Sequence record: AP017925.1
DNA length: 64,000 nucleotides
Strand: one strand, 5' to 3'
Positions 8,803 through 18,232 of the stretch are shown here, piece by piece. A program made the translations under genes and the position numbers. The stretch's first letter is position 1. The number at the start of each line of letters is the position of its first letter. The notes below the pieces were generated by a model. It searched no databases, was not told the origin of the DNA, and saw only the letters and a program-made list of their open reading frames with translations.

Positions 8803-9933
8803 TTATTGTTCCTGTTCGACGCCAGCTGCTGCGTGTTGTTTTTCGGCGCTGTTCTCAGCTGCAGTACGGCTGATGGGAGTTTCGGGTTTTACCAAGCCCG
8901 GCGCGTAGGCTACCGGGAACATGCGCTTGATCCAGTCAGCTTCGAAGATTTCGTTCTGACCGTTAATGCGTACGTCCACGTTAGTGAAGTGTGCTCTCTT
9001 GGCGCGATCAATCAACCGGTCTACCGATGCCTGCATCAGATCGTTGATCGCCGAACGCGGCAGGAACCAACCACCTTCTTTATCCTTCGGAATAACGGAC
9101 AGCAGGCCGTCTTTGCCGGTTACCAACAAATCATCGCTACTGAAGCGCAACGTCTCGTTACCTTGAGCGATCAAGTACAGGTTATCGTTTTCATGCGTGA
9201 CGGGTCGGCCTTTGTACTGGAATGACCACGGCATGTCATTGACGATATTGGCGCCATGGCTCTTACCGTATTCCACGAAATCGTCGAAGGTGATGGCTTC
9301 CGTCTTGCGAACGTACTCCACGTAGGTCTCGCCGATCTTCAGCGTGACTTCACCATACAGGCCATCGGGAGCAGCGCCGCCAGAAACCATCTGCAGACTG
9401 ATGTCGTCGTTGCAGTAGCAGGAGTTCGCCGGCTTGGACAGACCGGTGAATGCGCGCGGCATTGCTCGGCGGTTATCATTGACCGGACAGAGAACGTGAA
9501 TGATCGAGAACTCGGGATGGAACCACTCCGGATGAGTGGCGTAGACTTCTTCCACTGCTCCGTAGTAGTTGAAGCTGTGAGCTGTGAAATCGCTCTCGAT
9601 CACCAGCGTCTTGACATCCTTGAGCTTTTCCGGCACGAGTTCATGCAGTTCCAGCGACTTTTCAGCCGGTACTTCTACCTGCCGCGTCTTACCGTGCGAA
9701 CCGATCACCCAACCACCCATCAGACGGGCACCGCTGTGCTTCTTGACGATGTGCATGACGGCGTCGGTTTTACCGGACTGTCGCGGGCCACCGATGGTCA
9801 GCACGCGGAACTCGCGCAACTGTGACAGCGGATCTTTGATGAGGCTTTGTTCAATCTGCTCGATACGCCTCGGAGCGTTTCTCAGGAAGACCCAGATCAG
9901 ATCATCCCACGGCATTTTGCTCTTGTCGTTCAT
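8803..9933 (-). CDS. multi-domain hypothetical protein with N-terminal P-loop-like motif
   Basis: GGPRQSGKT; 376 aa; in an operon with the ligase. Confidence 0.75.
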   Translation of the reverse strand: MNDKSKMPWDDLIWVFLRNAPRRIEQIEQSLIKDPLSQLREFRVLTIGGPRQSGKTDAVMHIVKKHSGARLMGGWVIGSHGKTRQVEVPAEKSLELHELVPEKLKDVKTLVIESDFTAHSFNYYGAVEEVYATHPEWFHPEFSIIHVLCPVNDNRRAMPRAFTGLSKPANSCYCNDDISLQMVSGGAAPDGLYGEVTLKIGETYVEYVRKTEAITFDDFVEYGKSHGANIVNDMPWSFQYKGRPVTHENDNLYLIAQGNETLRFSSDDLLVTGKDGLLSVIPKDKEGGWFLPRSAINDLMQASVDRLIDRAKRAHFTNVDVRINGQNEIFEADWIKRMFPVAYAPGLVKPETPISRTAAENSAEKQHAAAGVEQEQ

Positions 9934-9983
9934 TATTGCTCTCGTTTGATGACGGGAGAGGCCGCAGCCCCTCCCTAGTTCGA

Positions 9984-11750
9984 TTACGCGGCCAGCAGGG
10001 TGGCGGTGATGTCTTTCAGCTTGACTTCATTGGTGAACACGCTGTTGCTGTACACCAGACGCAGTTCGCCGGAGTGAGTCGGGATATCGCTGATACCGAA
10101 CTCTTGCTCTTGCTGGAGCACGAAGTTCTTGGCCTCGTCCTTGACCACACGCAGGAAGCCCTTGGCCGACTTCTTCAGGGTATCACGCTCAGTCTTCGGC
10201 GCCTTGAACAGTTCGATCAGGTCGTCTTCGACTTGGACAGCAGTGGCCTTCACGGCGAAGCCCAGGGTGTCGCGGGTGTTGTGTTGGTAGGTGTAGGAAC
10301 CGATACCGAACACAGCGTTGCACGAAGCGAAACCCATCACGTACAGCCGGCGCAGGATCTCGTCGGCGCGTTCCACGGTAATCGAGTCACCGTAGATCAG
10401 ACCAACGCGCTCATGCAACACCTTGAAGCCCAGAGCAGTTTCGGTGCCGCCGAAGGTTTCCCACAGGCATTGCACCGCACCCTTCATTTCCGGAGTCGGG
10501 TTCTCGATCTCGGTGAAGGTTTCGTCGCCTTCCAGATGCACAGTGTAGTAACGGCCCTTGCAGCGAACCACCAGCGGATCGAAATTACGAGCATCCAGGC
10601 GTGCATTGATCGCTTGGGACAGCTCTTTGCTCCACTCCAGTTCGGCGATCGGATAAGCCGTGCCGCAGAGGATCTCGACCGGGTTACCGGAGTCCGGGCG
10701 GAACACGGTCTTGGCCATGCCCATTTCGTCCGGAGTACGATTGATGATCACGTCCTTCAGATTCGGGGCGACTTCGGTGATGACCTTCCAGAAGTCGAAC
10801 GAGTCCGACACCAGCGACACGATACCCGTCGGATGCTTCACGGTCAGCACTTCGCGGATGAATTCTTCTTCACCCTTGGAGCGCAGGTCATCCATCACCG
10901 GCTGGGTGATCTCGCTGATCTGGTCGGAGATCTTCTTCACGAGGCGGCTGACGTTGAACAGGATGTTCGAAGTTGCCACGGCGTGTTCGGTAGCCACCAC
11001 CGAGCAGGCCACGAATTCTTCTTCAACGTTGGCGCCGTACATGTCTTCGACGTAGTCGATGGCCGGCAGGGTGTCAGTACCCTTGAACACGACCAAGTGG
11101 CCGGAACCAACACGCGCAGCATCTTCCGGGCCGGACAGACCGCGGAAGGCGAAGTCATGACCCTGGATGTCGACGAACGAACGATCCACGCCGGTCATGT
11201 CGGCCCAGTATTCGAAGGTACGACGGTATTCGTAGGCAATCGTGGCGTTGGTGGACATCTTCCAGATCAGCGATGACATGATCGTTTCGAGGTAGTTCAC
11301 CAGCCAGAAGAAGTCCGGGTGAGTGTTGTACGCTACGTACACCGGCACGTTCATGTTGACGCGGGAACCTTCCGGCAGCGCCAGCACGTTGATTGGCAGG
11401 TATTGCAGATCGTGCAGTGCTTCGAAACACTTGACGTCGACGCGGTTGTCGCCGAGGTAATGCTTCATGCGGCGTGCGTAGCGCTTGCACACGGCGTCTT
11501 TCGGTTTGTCGAAGAACGAGCGTTTCCACAGGCCGTTGATCTCGCGCAGCGAGCCTTGTACGCCGAACAGGACGAACTTGTGGTCCCAGAAGCGCGACTT
11601 CGACTTGTTGTCCAGGAACAGTTTGTCGGAACGGAACGTACCGTTGCTGTAGGTGAAGTTGGTGCCATTCGGGTAGAGCGGGCGGTGACCAACCTTGTAA
11701 CCGTCGGTAGCAGTCGGAGCGAAGAGGTCGAACGAAGTATCTTGCATCAT
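9984..11750 (-). CDS. nadV: nicotinamide phosphoribosyltransferase-family protein (Namat-like, NARP1 second enzyme)
   Basis: TDGYKVGH, HDFAFRG, ATEHAV, VSDSFD, RPDSG, IYGDSIT, FGIGS motifs of the Nampt family. Confidence 0.92.
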   Translation of the reverse strand: MMQDTSFDLFAPTATDGYKVGHRPLYPNGTNFTYSNGTFRSDKLFLDNKSKSRFWDHKFVLFGVQGSLREINGLWKRSFFDKPKDAVCKRYARRMKHYLGDNRVDVKCFEALHDLQYLPINVLALPEGSRVNMNVPVYVAYNTHPDFFWLVNYLETIMSSLIWKMSTNATIAYEYRRTFEYWADMTGVDRSFVDIQGHDFAFRGLSGPEDAARVGSGHLVVFKGTDTLPAIDYVEDMYGANVEEEFVACSVVATEHAVATSNILFNVSRLVKKISDQISEITQPVMDDLRSKGEEEFIREVLTVKHPTGIVSLVSDSFDFWKVITEVAPNLKDVIINRTPDEMGMAKTVFRPDSGNPVEILCGTAYPIAELEWSKELSQAINARLDARNFDPLVVRCKGRYYTVHLEGDETFTEIENPTPEMKGAVQCLWETFGGTETALGFKVLHERVGLIYGDSITVERADEILRRLYVMGFASCNAVFGIGSYTYQHNTRDTLGFAVKATAVQVEDDLIELFKAPKTERDTLKKSAKGFLRVVKDEAKNFVLQQEQEFGISDIPTHSGELRLVYSNSVFTNEVKLKDITATLLAA

Positions 11751-11788
11751 GATGGTGAATTCTTTCTTGCTTGTTGATGGTGGAGCGG

Positions 11789-12703
11789 TTAAAGGGTGAA
11801 CCAGTGGAAACGCGGCTGACCGTTTTCAGCAGTATGTCGCTCGGTCTCAACACGGATGGAGCTTTCCGGATCGGGGTGGAACGAATTGGTGGTGTAGATG
11901 CGGCCGAAGATCTTGAGCAGTGCATCGATGCCATACGAGAAGATCCCGTGCGTCACGAACAGACTCAATTCAGCGCAACCACGCTCCAGCAGGATTTCGC
12001 CCAGCTGGATGAAGGTACGGCCACCGTCGCAGATGTCATCGACAATGATCAGGTTTTTACCTGCTACGTCGGCATCCAGGCGGGTCTCCGTCACTTCCAG
12101 CGTTTCGACATCGCGAATCTTGGTTGCGGTGATGAAGCCCTTCACGAGGCCGAGTGCCTTCAGATGGTCGGCCAGCTTCTTCACTTTCTTCACAGCGCCG
12201 GCATCGGGTGCGACCAGCCACAGGTTGTCGGTATTGAGACCGAGCAGTCGCTTCGAAACCACTTCGTGCAGCATCTTTTCCTGATTAGTGACGCGACTTC
12301 GCTCGATAGCGGCAGCGGAAACGTCGCTGTGCGGATCGAGCAGTTCGACGCTGGCCAAGTTCTGCGTGTTCAGCAGCTTGGCGAATGTGCTGATCGAAAG
12401 TGCTTCGCCGGGGTTACAGACACGGTCTTGACGAGCGTACGGCAGATACGGAATGATAGCGCGAATCTCGACACCAGGCTCGATGCGACGGGAAGCATCG
12501 CAGGTCAGGAAGAACGCCATGACCGTGTCCGAGTTGGAGATGTGCGCGATCACGTCGATCTTTTTCTGCTGGTCACTGTCTTGTTCGAGGTACTTGATCA
12601 CGTCCTCGGTCAGGCGGACGTTGACTTCGCCTCCTTTGAAAACGCTGACATTGACTTCTTCGTAACGGTATTGACCGTCGTAGGTAAAGCCGATCTGAAT
12701 CAT
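11789..12703 (-). CDS. prs: ribose-phosphate pyrophosphokinase-family protein (Adps-like, NARP1 first enzyme)
   Basis: PYLPYARQDR, DPHS, APDAGA, IIVDDICDGGRTF PRPP-binding motif; directly upstream of the Nampt-like gene. Confidence 0.92.
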   Translation of the reverse strand: MIQIGFTYDGQYRYEEVNVSVFKGGEVNVRLTEDVIKYLEQDSDQQKKIDVIAHISNSDTVMAFFLTCDASRRIEPGVEIRAIIPYLPYARQDRVCNPGEALSISTFAKLLNTQNLASVELLDPHSDVSAAAIERSRVTNQEKMLHEVVSKRLLGLNTDNLWLVAPDAGAVKKVKKLADHLKALGLVKGFITATKIRDVETLEVTETRLDADVAGKNLIIVDDICDGGRTFIQLGEILLERGCAELSLFVTHGIFSYGIDALLKIFGRIYTTNSFHPDPESSIRVETERHTAENGQPRFHWFTL

Positions 12704-12708
12704 GTTCC

Positions 12709-13977
12709 TTAACCTTTTACGCAGAGGATCTGCTTGAGGGTGTGTTCGATGTCGACCAGCTCTTCTTGAGCCGACATCACGTCGTCGATGTTCTTGTACG
12801 CTTTCGGCGTTTCATCGATCACTTCCGAGTCCTTGCGGCATTCAACACCAGCAGTATCGCGGATATGATCTTCGAGCGTGAACAGCTTCTTCGCTTGGTT
12901 ACGCGACATCACGCGTCCAGCGCCGTGAGAGCACGAGCAGAACGACTCACGGTTGCCCTTTCCGCGTACGATAAACGACTTTGCACCCATCGACCCAGGA
13001 ATGATACCCAGCGTGTCGAGAGAAGCGTTTACAGCCCCTTTACGGGTCACCAGCACGTTCTGGCCGAAGTGACGTTCGGTCGAAACGTAGTTGTGGTGGC
13101 AGTTAATCGCTTCCAGATCCGAGTCGATCGGCAAGCCGAGTGTCTGGTGGATTGCGTTCAGCGTTGCATGCATCATCACCGTACGGTTCAGGGCAGCGAA
13201 GCGTTGCGCCCACGACACGGCTTGGATGTAGTCGTCGTAGTAGAGCGAACCATGCGGCAAATACGCGAGGTCTTGATCCGGCAGGTGAATGAAGAAGCGC
13301 GCCATCTCTTCTTTCGCCTTGTCGATGAAATACGAGCCGATGGCATTGCCGATACCACGCGAACCCGAGTGCAGCATCACCCAGACACGGTCGGATTCAT
13401 CCAGACAGATCTCGATGAAGTGGTTGCCAGTGCCGAGCGTGCCGATGTGGTTCCAAGCACGTTGTGCTGCCCTAGCGAGCTTCGGGTGCTTGTGGATGAT
13501 CGCGTTCAGTTGGACGCGCAGCGCATCAGCCTCTTCACGTACTGCCTGCACTGGGTGATCGAAGATCTTCACCACACCCCACGCACCTTTGTCACGGGAA
13601 CCGCCGTTGTCAGTACGGCCGTGCGGTACTGCGCGCTCGATAGCATCGCGCAGATGGCTCAGAGACTCCGGCAAAGCATCGGAAGAGAAGCGCAGGCGTT
13701 GTGCCGACATCCCGCAACCCAGATCCACACCTACAGCTGCCGGAACCACCGCACCCTTAGTAGCGATCACCGAACCTACGGTAGCGCCAATACCGAGATG
13801 TACGTCTGGCATCACTGCAACGTGCGAATGGATGAACGGCAACGAAGCAATGTTCTTCAGCTGCTTGACAGCATCTGCCTCGACAGGCACACCAACTGTC
13901 CAGCCCTTGATCGGTTTGGAACCAGCTTCCGGTTCACCACCGATTAATTCAAACGTTTTCTGTACTTGTTCTTGCAT
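12709..13977 (-). CDS. rtcB: RtcB family RNA-splicing/repair ligase
   Basis: MPDVH, VGVDLGCG, GTLGTGNHFIE, HSGSRG, HN, RKGA, PGSMG, SHGAGR, DETPKAYK motifs. Confidence 0.96.
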   Translation of the reverse strand: MQEQVQKTFELIGGEPEAGSKPIKGWTVGVPVEADAVKQLKNIASLPFIHSHVAVMPDVHLGIGATVGSVIATKGAVVPAAVGVDLGCGMSAQRLRFSSDALPESLSHLRDAIERAVPHGRTDNGGSRDKGAWGVVKIFDHPVQAVREEADALRVQLNAIIHKHPKLARAAQRAWNHIGTLGTGNHFIEICLDESDRVWVMLHSGSRGIGNAIGSYFIDKAKEEMARFFIHLPDQDLAYLPHGSLYYDDYIQAVSWAQRFAALNRTVMMHATLNAIHQTLGLPIDSDLEAINCHHNYVSTERHFGQNVLVTRKGAVNASLDTLGIIPGSMGAKSFIVRGKGNRESFCSCSHGAGRVMSRNQAKKLFTLEDHIRDTAGVECRKDSEVIDETPKAYKNIDDVMSAQEELVDIEHTLKQILCVKG

Positions 13978-14059
13978 TTTATCTCACGCTTACGGAAAGA
14001 GATTAAAAAAAGAGAGGGGCCTGAGGGGAACAGGACACCCTCTAACAGGGGGGGGGTAT

Positions 14060-14749
14060 TTAGGCGTACATGCGGCGGTTGTAGTTGATGCGACCAGCCA
14101 GGATGTCATAGCCAGCAGGCTTATGGCCCAGCAACGGCTGATTGCGAATACACCACACCGACTGGCGAGTAATGCGAAGCTCTTTGCCGGGTTCCTTGTT
14201 ATCGTTCAGGAAGATAGTTCCGGTTTCGAGATGCATGCTGCCACTGAGATCCACTTCGAATTCCAGCTCCTGCGGACCTTCCTCAGTTTCGAGGACGAGC
14301 GCGAAAGGAACAGTACCTCGGATCAGCAGAATGCCTTCATCAATGCGACGCTCGGCGCCGGCAGCCGGACGACCGCGCTGATGGCCCTTTGTACGCTCCG
14401 GCTTCTGGAAAGCTACCTTATCCGCAGACGCTACTCGCGGAACTGCACGAAGTACCGGGTGTCCCGGACGCGTCAGATAAAGCGCAGACAGGTAAACATC
14501 CGGCGCGATACTGTCAGTCTGATCGATCACGCCTTGTTCGAGCAGGTCTTTCCGCTCCGAGACCTCCAAGAGCGAAATTTGAGCGCCGAGCGTCAGCACG
14601 CCGATGTCACCAGTCACTTCTTCAGGCTCGCGATAGAACTTCACCGATTGCGCGGTGCTATACGGTTCGCCATTGACGTGCATGAAGAACTTCTTGTTGT
14701 TTCCTTCGATCCACGGAATCAGCGGGGTCGTGTGGTAATGATGTTGCAT
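14060..14749 (-). CDS. hypothetical protein
   Basis: 229-aa ORF between thyA and rtcB. Confidence 0.75.
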   Translation of the reverse strand: MQHHYHTTPLIPWIEGNNKKFFMHVNGEPYSTAQSVKFYREPEEVTGDIGVLTLGAQISLLEVSERKDLLEQGVIDQTDSIAPDVYLSALYLTRPGHPVLRAVPRVASADKVAFQKPERTKGHQRGRPAAGAERRIDEGILLIRGTVPFALVLETEEGPQELEFEVDLSGSMHLETGTIFLNDNKEPGKELRITRQSVWCIRNQPLLGHKPAGYDILAGRINYNRRMYA

Positions 14750-14845
14750 TTTCTTCTTTCTAAAAGAGTTAGAGGATGAGGTTTTTCGAGTTGTTGTTAT
14801 CTCAGGGGCCTCTAACCCCTTCCCGATTGGGGAGCGTTTTACGGC

Positions 14846-15748
14846 TTATACCGCGAACGGGTACTTGATCTCCGGATGGAATTCCGGATAGGTGATCTTG
14901 AAGTCATCCACCGCAACCCACGTCTCCAGATCTTCCAGTGTCTTGATGTCCGGATTGATGTCAATGGTCGGTTCGGCCAGCGGATGGCGTTCCAGTTGCA
15001 CCGGCACCAGGCCCAGCTGGTTACCGTAGATGTGGCAGTTTACGTTGCGATGGAACGCGTGCTTCGGATTCTTTCCGGTGATCTGTGCCATCAAGCGCAA
15101 GAACAACCACACCTGCACCATGTTCGCCACTGTACCCAATGGCCAGTCAGACGAACGCTGCGTCGAGTTCAGATACAGGTCGTCACCGATCAGCGAGAAC
15201 TGATGCTCGTACATGCACGGCCGAAGGCAACCCAGTCCAAACATACCCGGATTCCAGAACGTGATGATCTCGCCACGGTCATCCACGCCCTTACGCAGGT
15301 TATTGTAAACCTTGTGGAAGAGGTCGATGTTACCGGCGACGATCTTATCGCGCGCCTGTCCGTAATACTCGTACTTGGGCCAGTTCTTAGCAACCGCGCC
15401 GTAGACATGACCCATGTCATCTTCACCAGCGCGATTCGGGTTAGCCAGCCAAGCATCGTTCTCGTTAGCATTGGCGTCCCAGGACTTCGCACCGAGCGCA
15501 CGCATATCGGCAGAAGAAGTCACGCCGCGAATGTAACCGAGCAGTTCGGCAATCGCCAACTTCGGCGGCGCCTTACGAGTGGTAACGATCGGTGCCTTGT
15601 TGGACGTCGCGTCGTAGGTGAGATCGATGTTGATCACGGTGCGGCAATCGATGCCAGTGCGAGGATTGGGAAGATCCGTCCCTTGGTAGTAAATGCGGCT
15701 CAAGCCGCGAAGATACTGCTCTTCGGCGCGTTCGATAAGCTGGGTCAT
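14846..15748 (-). CDS. thyA: thymidylate synthase
   Basis: RTG, PIVTTRK, ELLGYIRG, WNP, LRPCM catalytic Cys, QRSSDWPLG, HIYGNQ; start trimmed to MTQLIE. Confidence 0.95.
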   Translation of the reverse strand: MTQLIERAEEQYLRGLSRIYYQGTDLPNPRTGIDCRTVINIDLTYDATSNKAPIVTTRKAPPKLAIAELLGYIRGVTSSADMRALGAKSWDANANENDAWLANPNRAGEDDMGHVYGAVAKNWPKYEYYGQARDKIVAGNIDLFHKVYNNLRKGVDDRGEIITFWNPGMFGLGCLRPCMYEHQFSLIGDDLYLNSTQRSSDWPLGTVANMVQVWLFLRLMAQITGKNPKHAFHRNVNCHIYGNQLGLVPVQLERHPLAEPTIDINPDIKTLEDLETWVAVDDFKITYPEFHPEIKYPFAV

Positions 15749-15838
15749 GGTTGTGGAGACAAAAAAATAAAGTATGGAGAAATGGAGAGGCGGCGCGAGC
15801 CGCACTCTCCCACATACTACTTTTCAAGGCAGTAATTT

Positions 15839-16189
15839 TTAGTGCAGGCAGTACCAGTACACGAACGGTGCAGCGACAACCGTTACCACTGTGAGGATCA
15901 GACCGATCTTCATCGTTCTTTCGAAGGTGAAGGAGCGTTTGATGTTGCGAGCGAAACGTTGCTCAGCGCTGGCCATCGCAGCCTCTGCACGCTCTTTAGC
16001 CACATCAGACGGTGGCGAAGTATGGTCATAGCTGTTGAGCCTCTTCAGAAGCTTTAAGCCAGCCAGCTGTGCCTCGTCCAGAGGTTTGGCCTCGCGCTTC
16101 GTACCATCGGGATTGTAACAGTAGTGACCGCCTTCACAACCTATCTTGCTACAGCCGCCCGGCTTGCACGGATCGTCAAATACTCCCAT
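15839..16189 (-). CDS. hypothetical protein, Cys-rich N-terminus, C-terminal TM helix
   Basis: 116-aa ORF; hydrophobic IGLILTVVTVVAAPFVYW. Confidence 0.75.
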   Translation of the reverse strand: MGVFDDPCKPGGCSKIGCEGGHYCYNPDGTKREAKPLDEAQLAGLKLLKRLNSYDHTSPPSDVAKERAEAAMASAEQRFARNIKRSFTFERTMKIGLILTVVTVVAAPFVYWYCLH

Positions 16190-16191
16190 CT

Positions 16192-16644
16192 TTAATTCTC
16201 CAAGTTATTCATTTCAAAACACATCTCCGGAAAGCAGCTATCAACCATAGCTACAGAGAGATAGATCTTGTTGTTTCTATTTCCTACCAAAACTGTGGCC
16301 GTCAAGGTATTACTGCCTTCCTTCAATTCCCCCAATTCAAGTTTGGCGATATATTGATTATTCTCTTCCGAAGGCTCGAAGAGAATGGCGCTAGCAAGCA
16401 AATCGATGATAGCGCCGGTAGCTTCTCTGGTTAGAGAGATATTTTCCGGATGGCCAACTTTCCGGCCATTTGTTTCACTCGATTTCCAGATAGTGAATTC
16501 CATTCTACCATCATGACTTATTTCTATCTTGAGTTTGTAAGTCGTCTCATCAACGATGGTTTTCAATGGCGTAGTAGTAAACACTTTGTTCTGACGGAAT
16601 AGCTCAGCCACACCGGCACGCGCCATAACAGAAGGTATACGCAT
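16192..16644 (-). CDS. hypothetical protein
   Basis: Start reassigned to MRIPS at 16644 (AAGGAG RBS), which avoids overlap with 16655..17035. Confidence 0.7.
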   Translation of the reverse strand: MRIPSVMARAGVAELFRQNKVFTTTPLKTIVDETTYKLKIEISHDGRMEFTIWKSSETNGRKVGHPENISLTREATGAIIDLLASAILFEPSEENNQYIAKLELGELKEGSNTLTATVLVGNRNNKIYLSVAMVDSCFPEMCFEMNNLEN

Positions 16645-16654
16645 TTCTCTCTCC

Positions 16655-17035
16655 TTAGCGTCCGCGCTGCCACGGACTTTCTTCCCACCAACGACGACTA
16701 CGGTTGTTACGCGAACGCTTTGGCGGTTCAGGATCATCTTGAACCGGAACAGGTTCGGGCTGGTAATCGTACTCGATCGATGCAACGTCATGACCTGCCG
16801 GCAGCTCGACGCTACTCGTACCATCACGCTCTTCCTTTACCAGCACTTCAGTCACCCGCCCGTCAGTGTGGTGCAGTTTCACCGGACGACCATAGCGAGC
16901 TTGAGCGAAACTACCATCAGGCAGTTGCACGCCGAGGGTATTGCCTTTGAAGAAAACTTTGGCGCCCTCGATACTCAATTCGATCAAAGCTTTCATTTTG
17001 TTCAGCTTTGCGAGATGCTCTTTTCTGGTGCTCAT
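16655..17035 (-). CDS. hypothetical protein
   Basis: 126-aa ORF in the minus-strand operon. Confidence 0.75.
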   Translation of the reverse strand: MSTRKEHLAKLNKMKALIELSIEGAKVFFKGNTLGVQLPDGSFAQARYGRPVKLHHTDGRVTEVLVKEERDGTSSVELPAGHDVASIEYDYQPEPVPVQDDPEPPKRSRNNRSRRWWEESPWQRGR

Positions 17036-17038
17036 GAT

Positions 17039-17320
17039 TTACATTCCTAACAGAGTTAGTAAGGATTGGTGGTGCAATCGCTCGTAGCCTACGGCTAAGA
17101 CGTTTCCAGCCACGTAAAGAGACACTCCTACGCAAAGCAGGATCAAGCCGCGATCCAGATACTTGTTAATACGACGCATGCGGCGTTGACGCAGGATTGT
17201 AGCCGCTTCCATACGACGATAAAAGGCTCGGCGATCAGGAGCTTGCAGGTTGTACAGCGCGGGATCAAACGGAGTGATTTCCTTTCTTTGCGAAGTGCGC
17301 AACATGGCTCTATTCCTCAT
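17039..17320 (-). CDS. hypothetical membrane protein
   Basis: 93 aa; basic N-terminus and one TM-like segment. Confidence 0.7.
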   Translation of the reverse strand: MRNRAMLRTSQRKEITPFDPALYNLQAPDRRAFYRRMEAATILRQRRMRRINKYLDRGLILLCVGVSLYVAGNVLAVGYERLHHQSLLTLLGM

Positions 17321-17333
17321 CTAAGTTTATTGA

Positions 17334-17376
17334 CGGCATAAAAGAGGGACCGGTGGTACGAAACCACCAGTCTCTC
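17334..17376 (-). terminator. hairpin + TTTTATGCCG
   Basis: On the minus strand follows the stop of 17380..18159. Confidence 0.7.
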
Positions 17377-17379
17377 GAT

Positions 17380-18159
17380 TTACGCTGCTTCTGCTTTCTT
17401 TTCCACAAGACCGAGGTACTCCTCCATGCCGAGGTGGTCCAACTTCAGCATAGTGTTGTGATAGTACAAGGCATCCACGTTCGAAATGCGGCTCAGCACC
17501 AACTCTTTGGCCACGAGATGGTCGCGTGACAGCTTCGTGATATACAGCATAGCTTCTTGTTCAGTCTCGAACTTCTGTTGCAAATCCGTGACTTCCCAAT
17601 GACTAATGTCGGTGAAACCAAAACGCTTCACGAAGTGGTACATGCAACGGTTGGCATTCACTATGTTTTTCATCACATAGTTGTTGAATGTCAACATACG
17701 CTGGCTCACGCGGGCCATGACTTTGTCAGTCGGAATGTCGTTGGTGTCTTCAAAATAGAAGACTGCACCCGTGGCTTTATGCATCAGCTTCCATACAGTG
17801 TAGTGGATGGCTTCTTCACCAGGAAGCAAACGATTGCTACCACCGCGTTTCGGCTTTGGGCGATTGTACAGCGTACCTTGTTCCGACAAATGACTCACCA
17901 CTTTCCGCGAGTCAATGAAAAGCGATTGCTTCGTACCCTTTGGAAGTTCTACCATCCAGAGAAGAACTTCCGAAGGATGTGTCTTCAACATCTCTTTCAA
18001 GAGAGCCGGGTAGTTGTTCTTACCTCGCTGAGCCCGGCAATTCTTCATCGACCGCACAAAGCATTTCCCCGTTGCTTGGTGCATGTAAATGTAAATCCCC
18101 GGACCCCCATACAGCGTTTGACCCTTAAGTGGCCGAAAGTCAAAACCTGCGATTTTCAT
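17380..18159 (-). CDS. hypothetical protein with degenerate GIY-YIG-like repeats
   Basis: GIYIYMHQATGKCFVRS and YTVWKLMHKATGAVFYF; canonical YIG not conserved. Confidence 0.6.
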   Translation of the reverse strand: MKIAGFDFRPLKGQTLYGGPGIYIYMHQATGKCFVRSMKNCRAQRGKNNYPALLKEMLKTHPSEVLLWMVELPKGTKQSLFIDSRKVVSHLSEQGTLYNRPKPKRGGSNRLLPGEEAIHYTVWKLMHKATGAVFYFEDTNDIPTDKVMARVSQRMLTFNNYVMKNIVNANRCMYHFVKRFGFTDISHWEVTDLQQKFETEQEAMLYITKLSRDHLVAKELVLSRISNVDALYYHNTMLKLDHLGMEEYLGLVEKKAEAA

Positions 18160-18232
18160 AATGCAAAAGCCCCTACAAAAACAGTTGTTGATTGATTGAT
18201 TGATTGTTATTATCTGCTTTGGAGACTGACGA

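Noticed and set aside
4343-14779. Large + strand ORFs (760, 446, 313, 401, 396 aa) opposite the AAA, nadV, prs and rtcB genes
   Set aside because: Antisense shadows of genes with clear family motifs on the minus strand; typical of GC-rich codon usage.
16645-16827. N-terminal extension of ORF 16192..16827
   Set aside because: It overlaps 16655..17035; a strong AAGGAG-ATG at 16644 gives a clean non-overlapping start.
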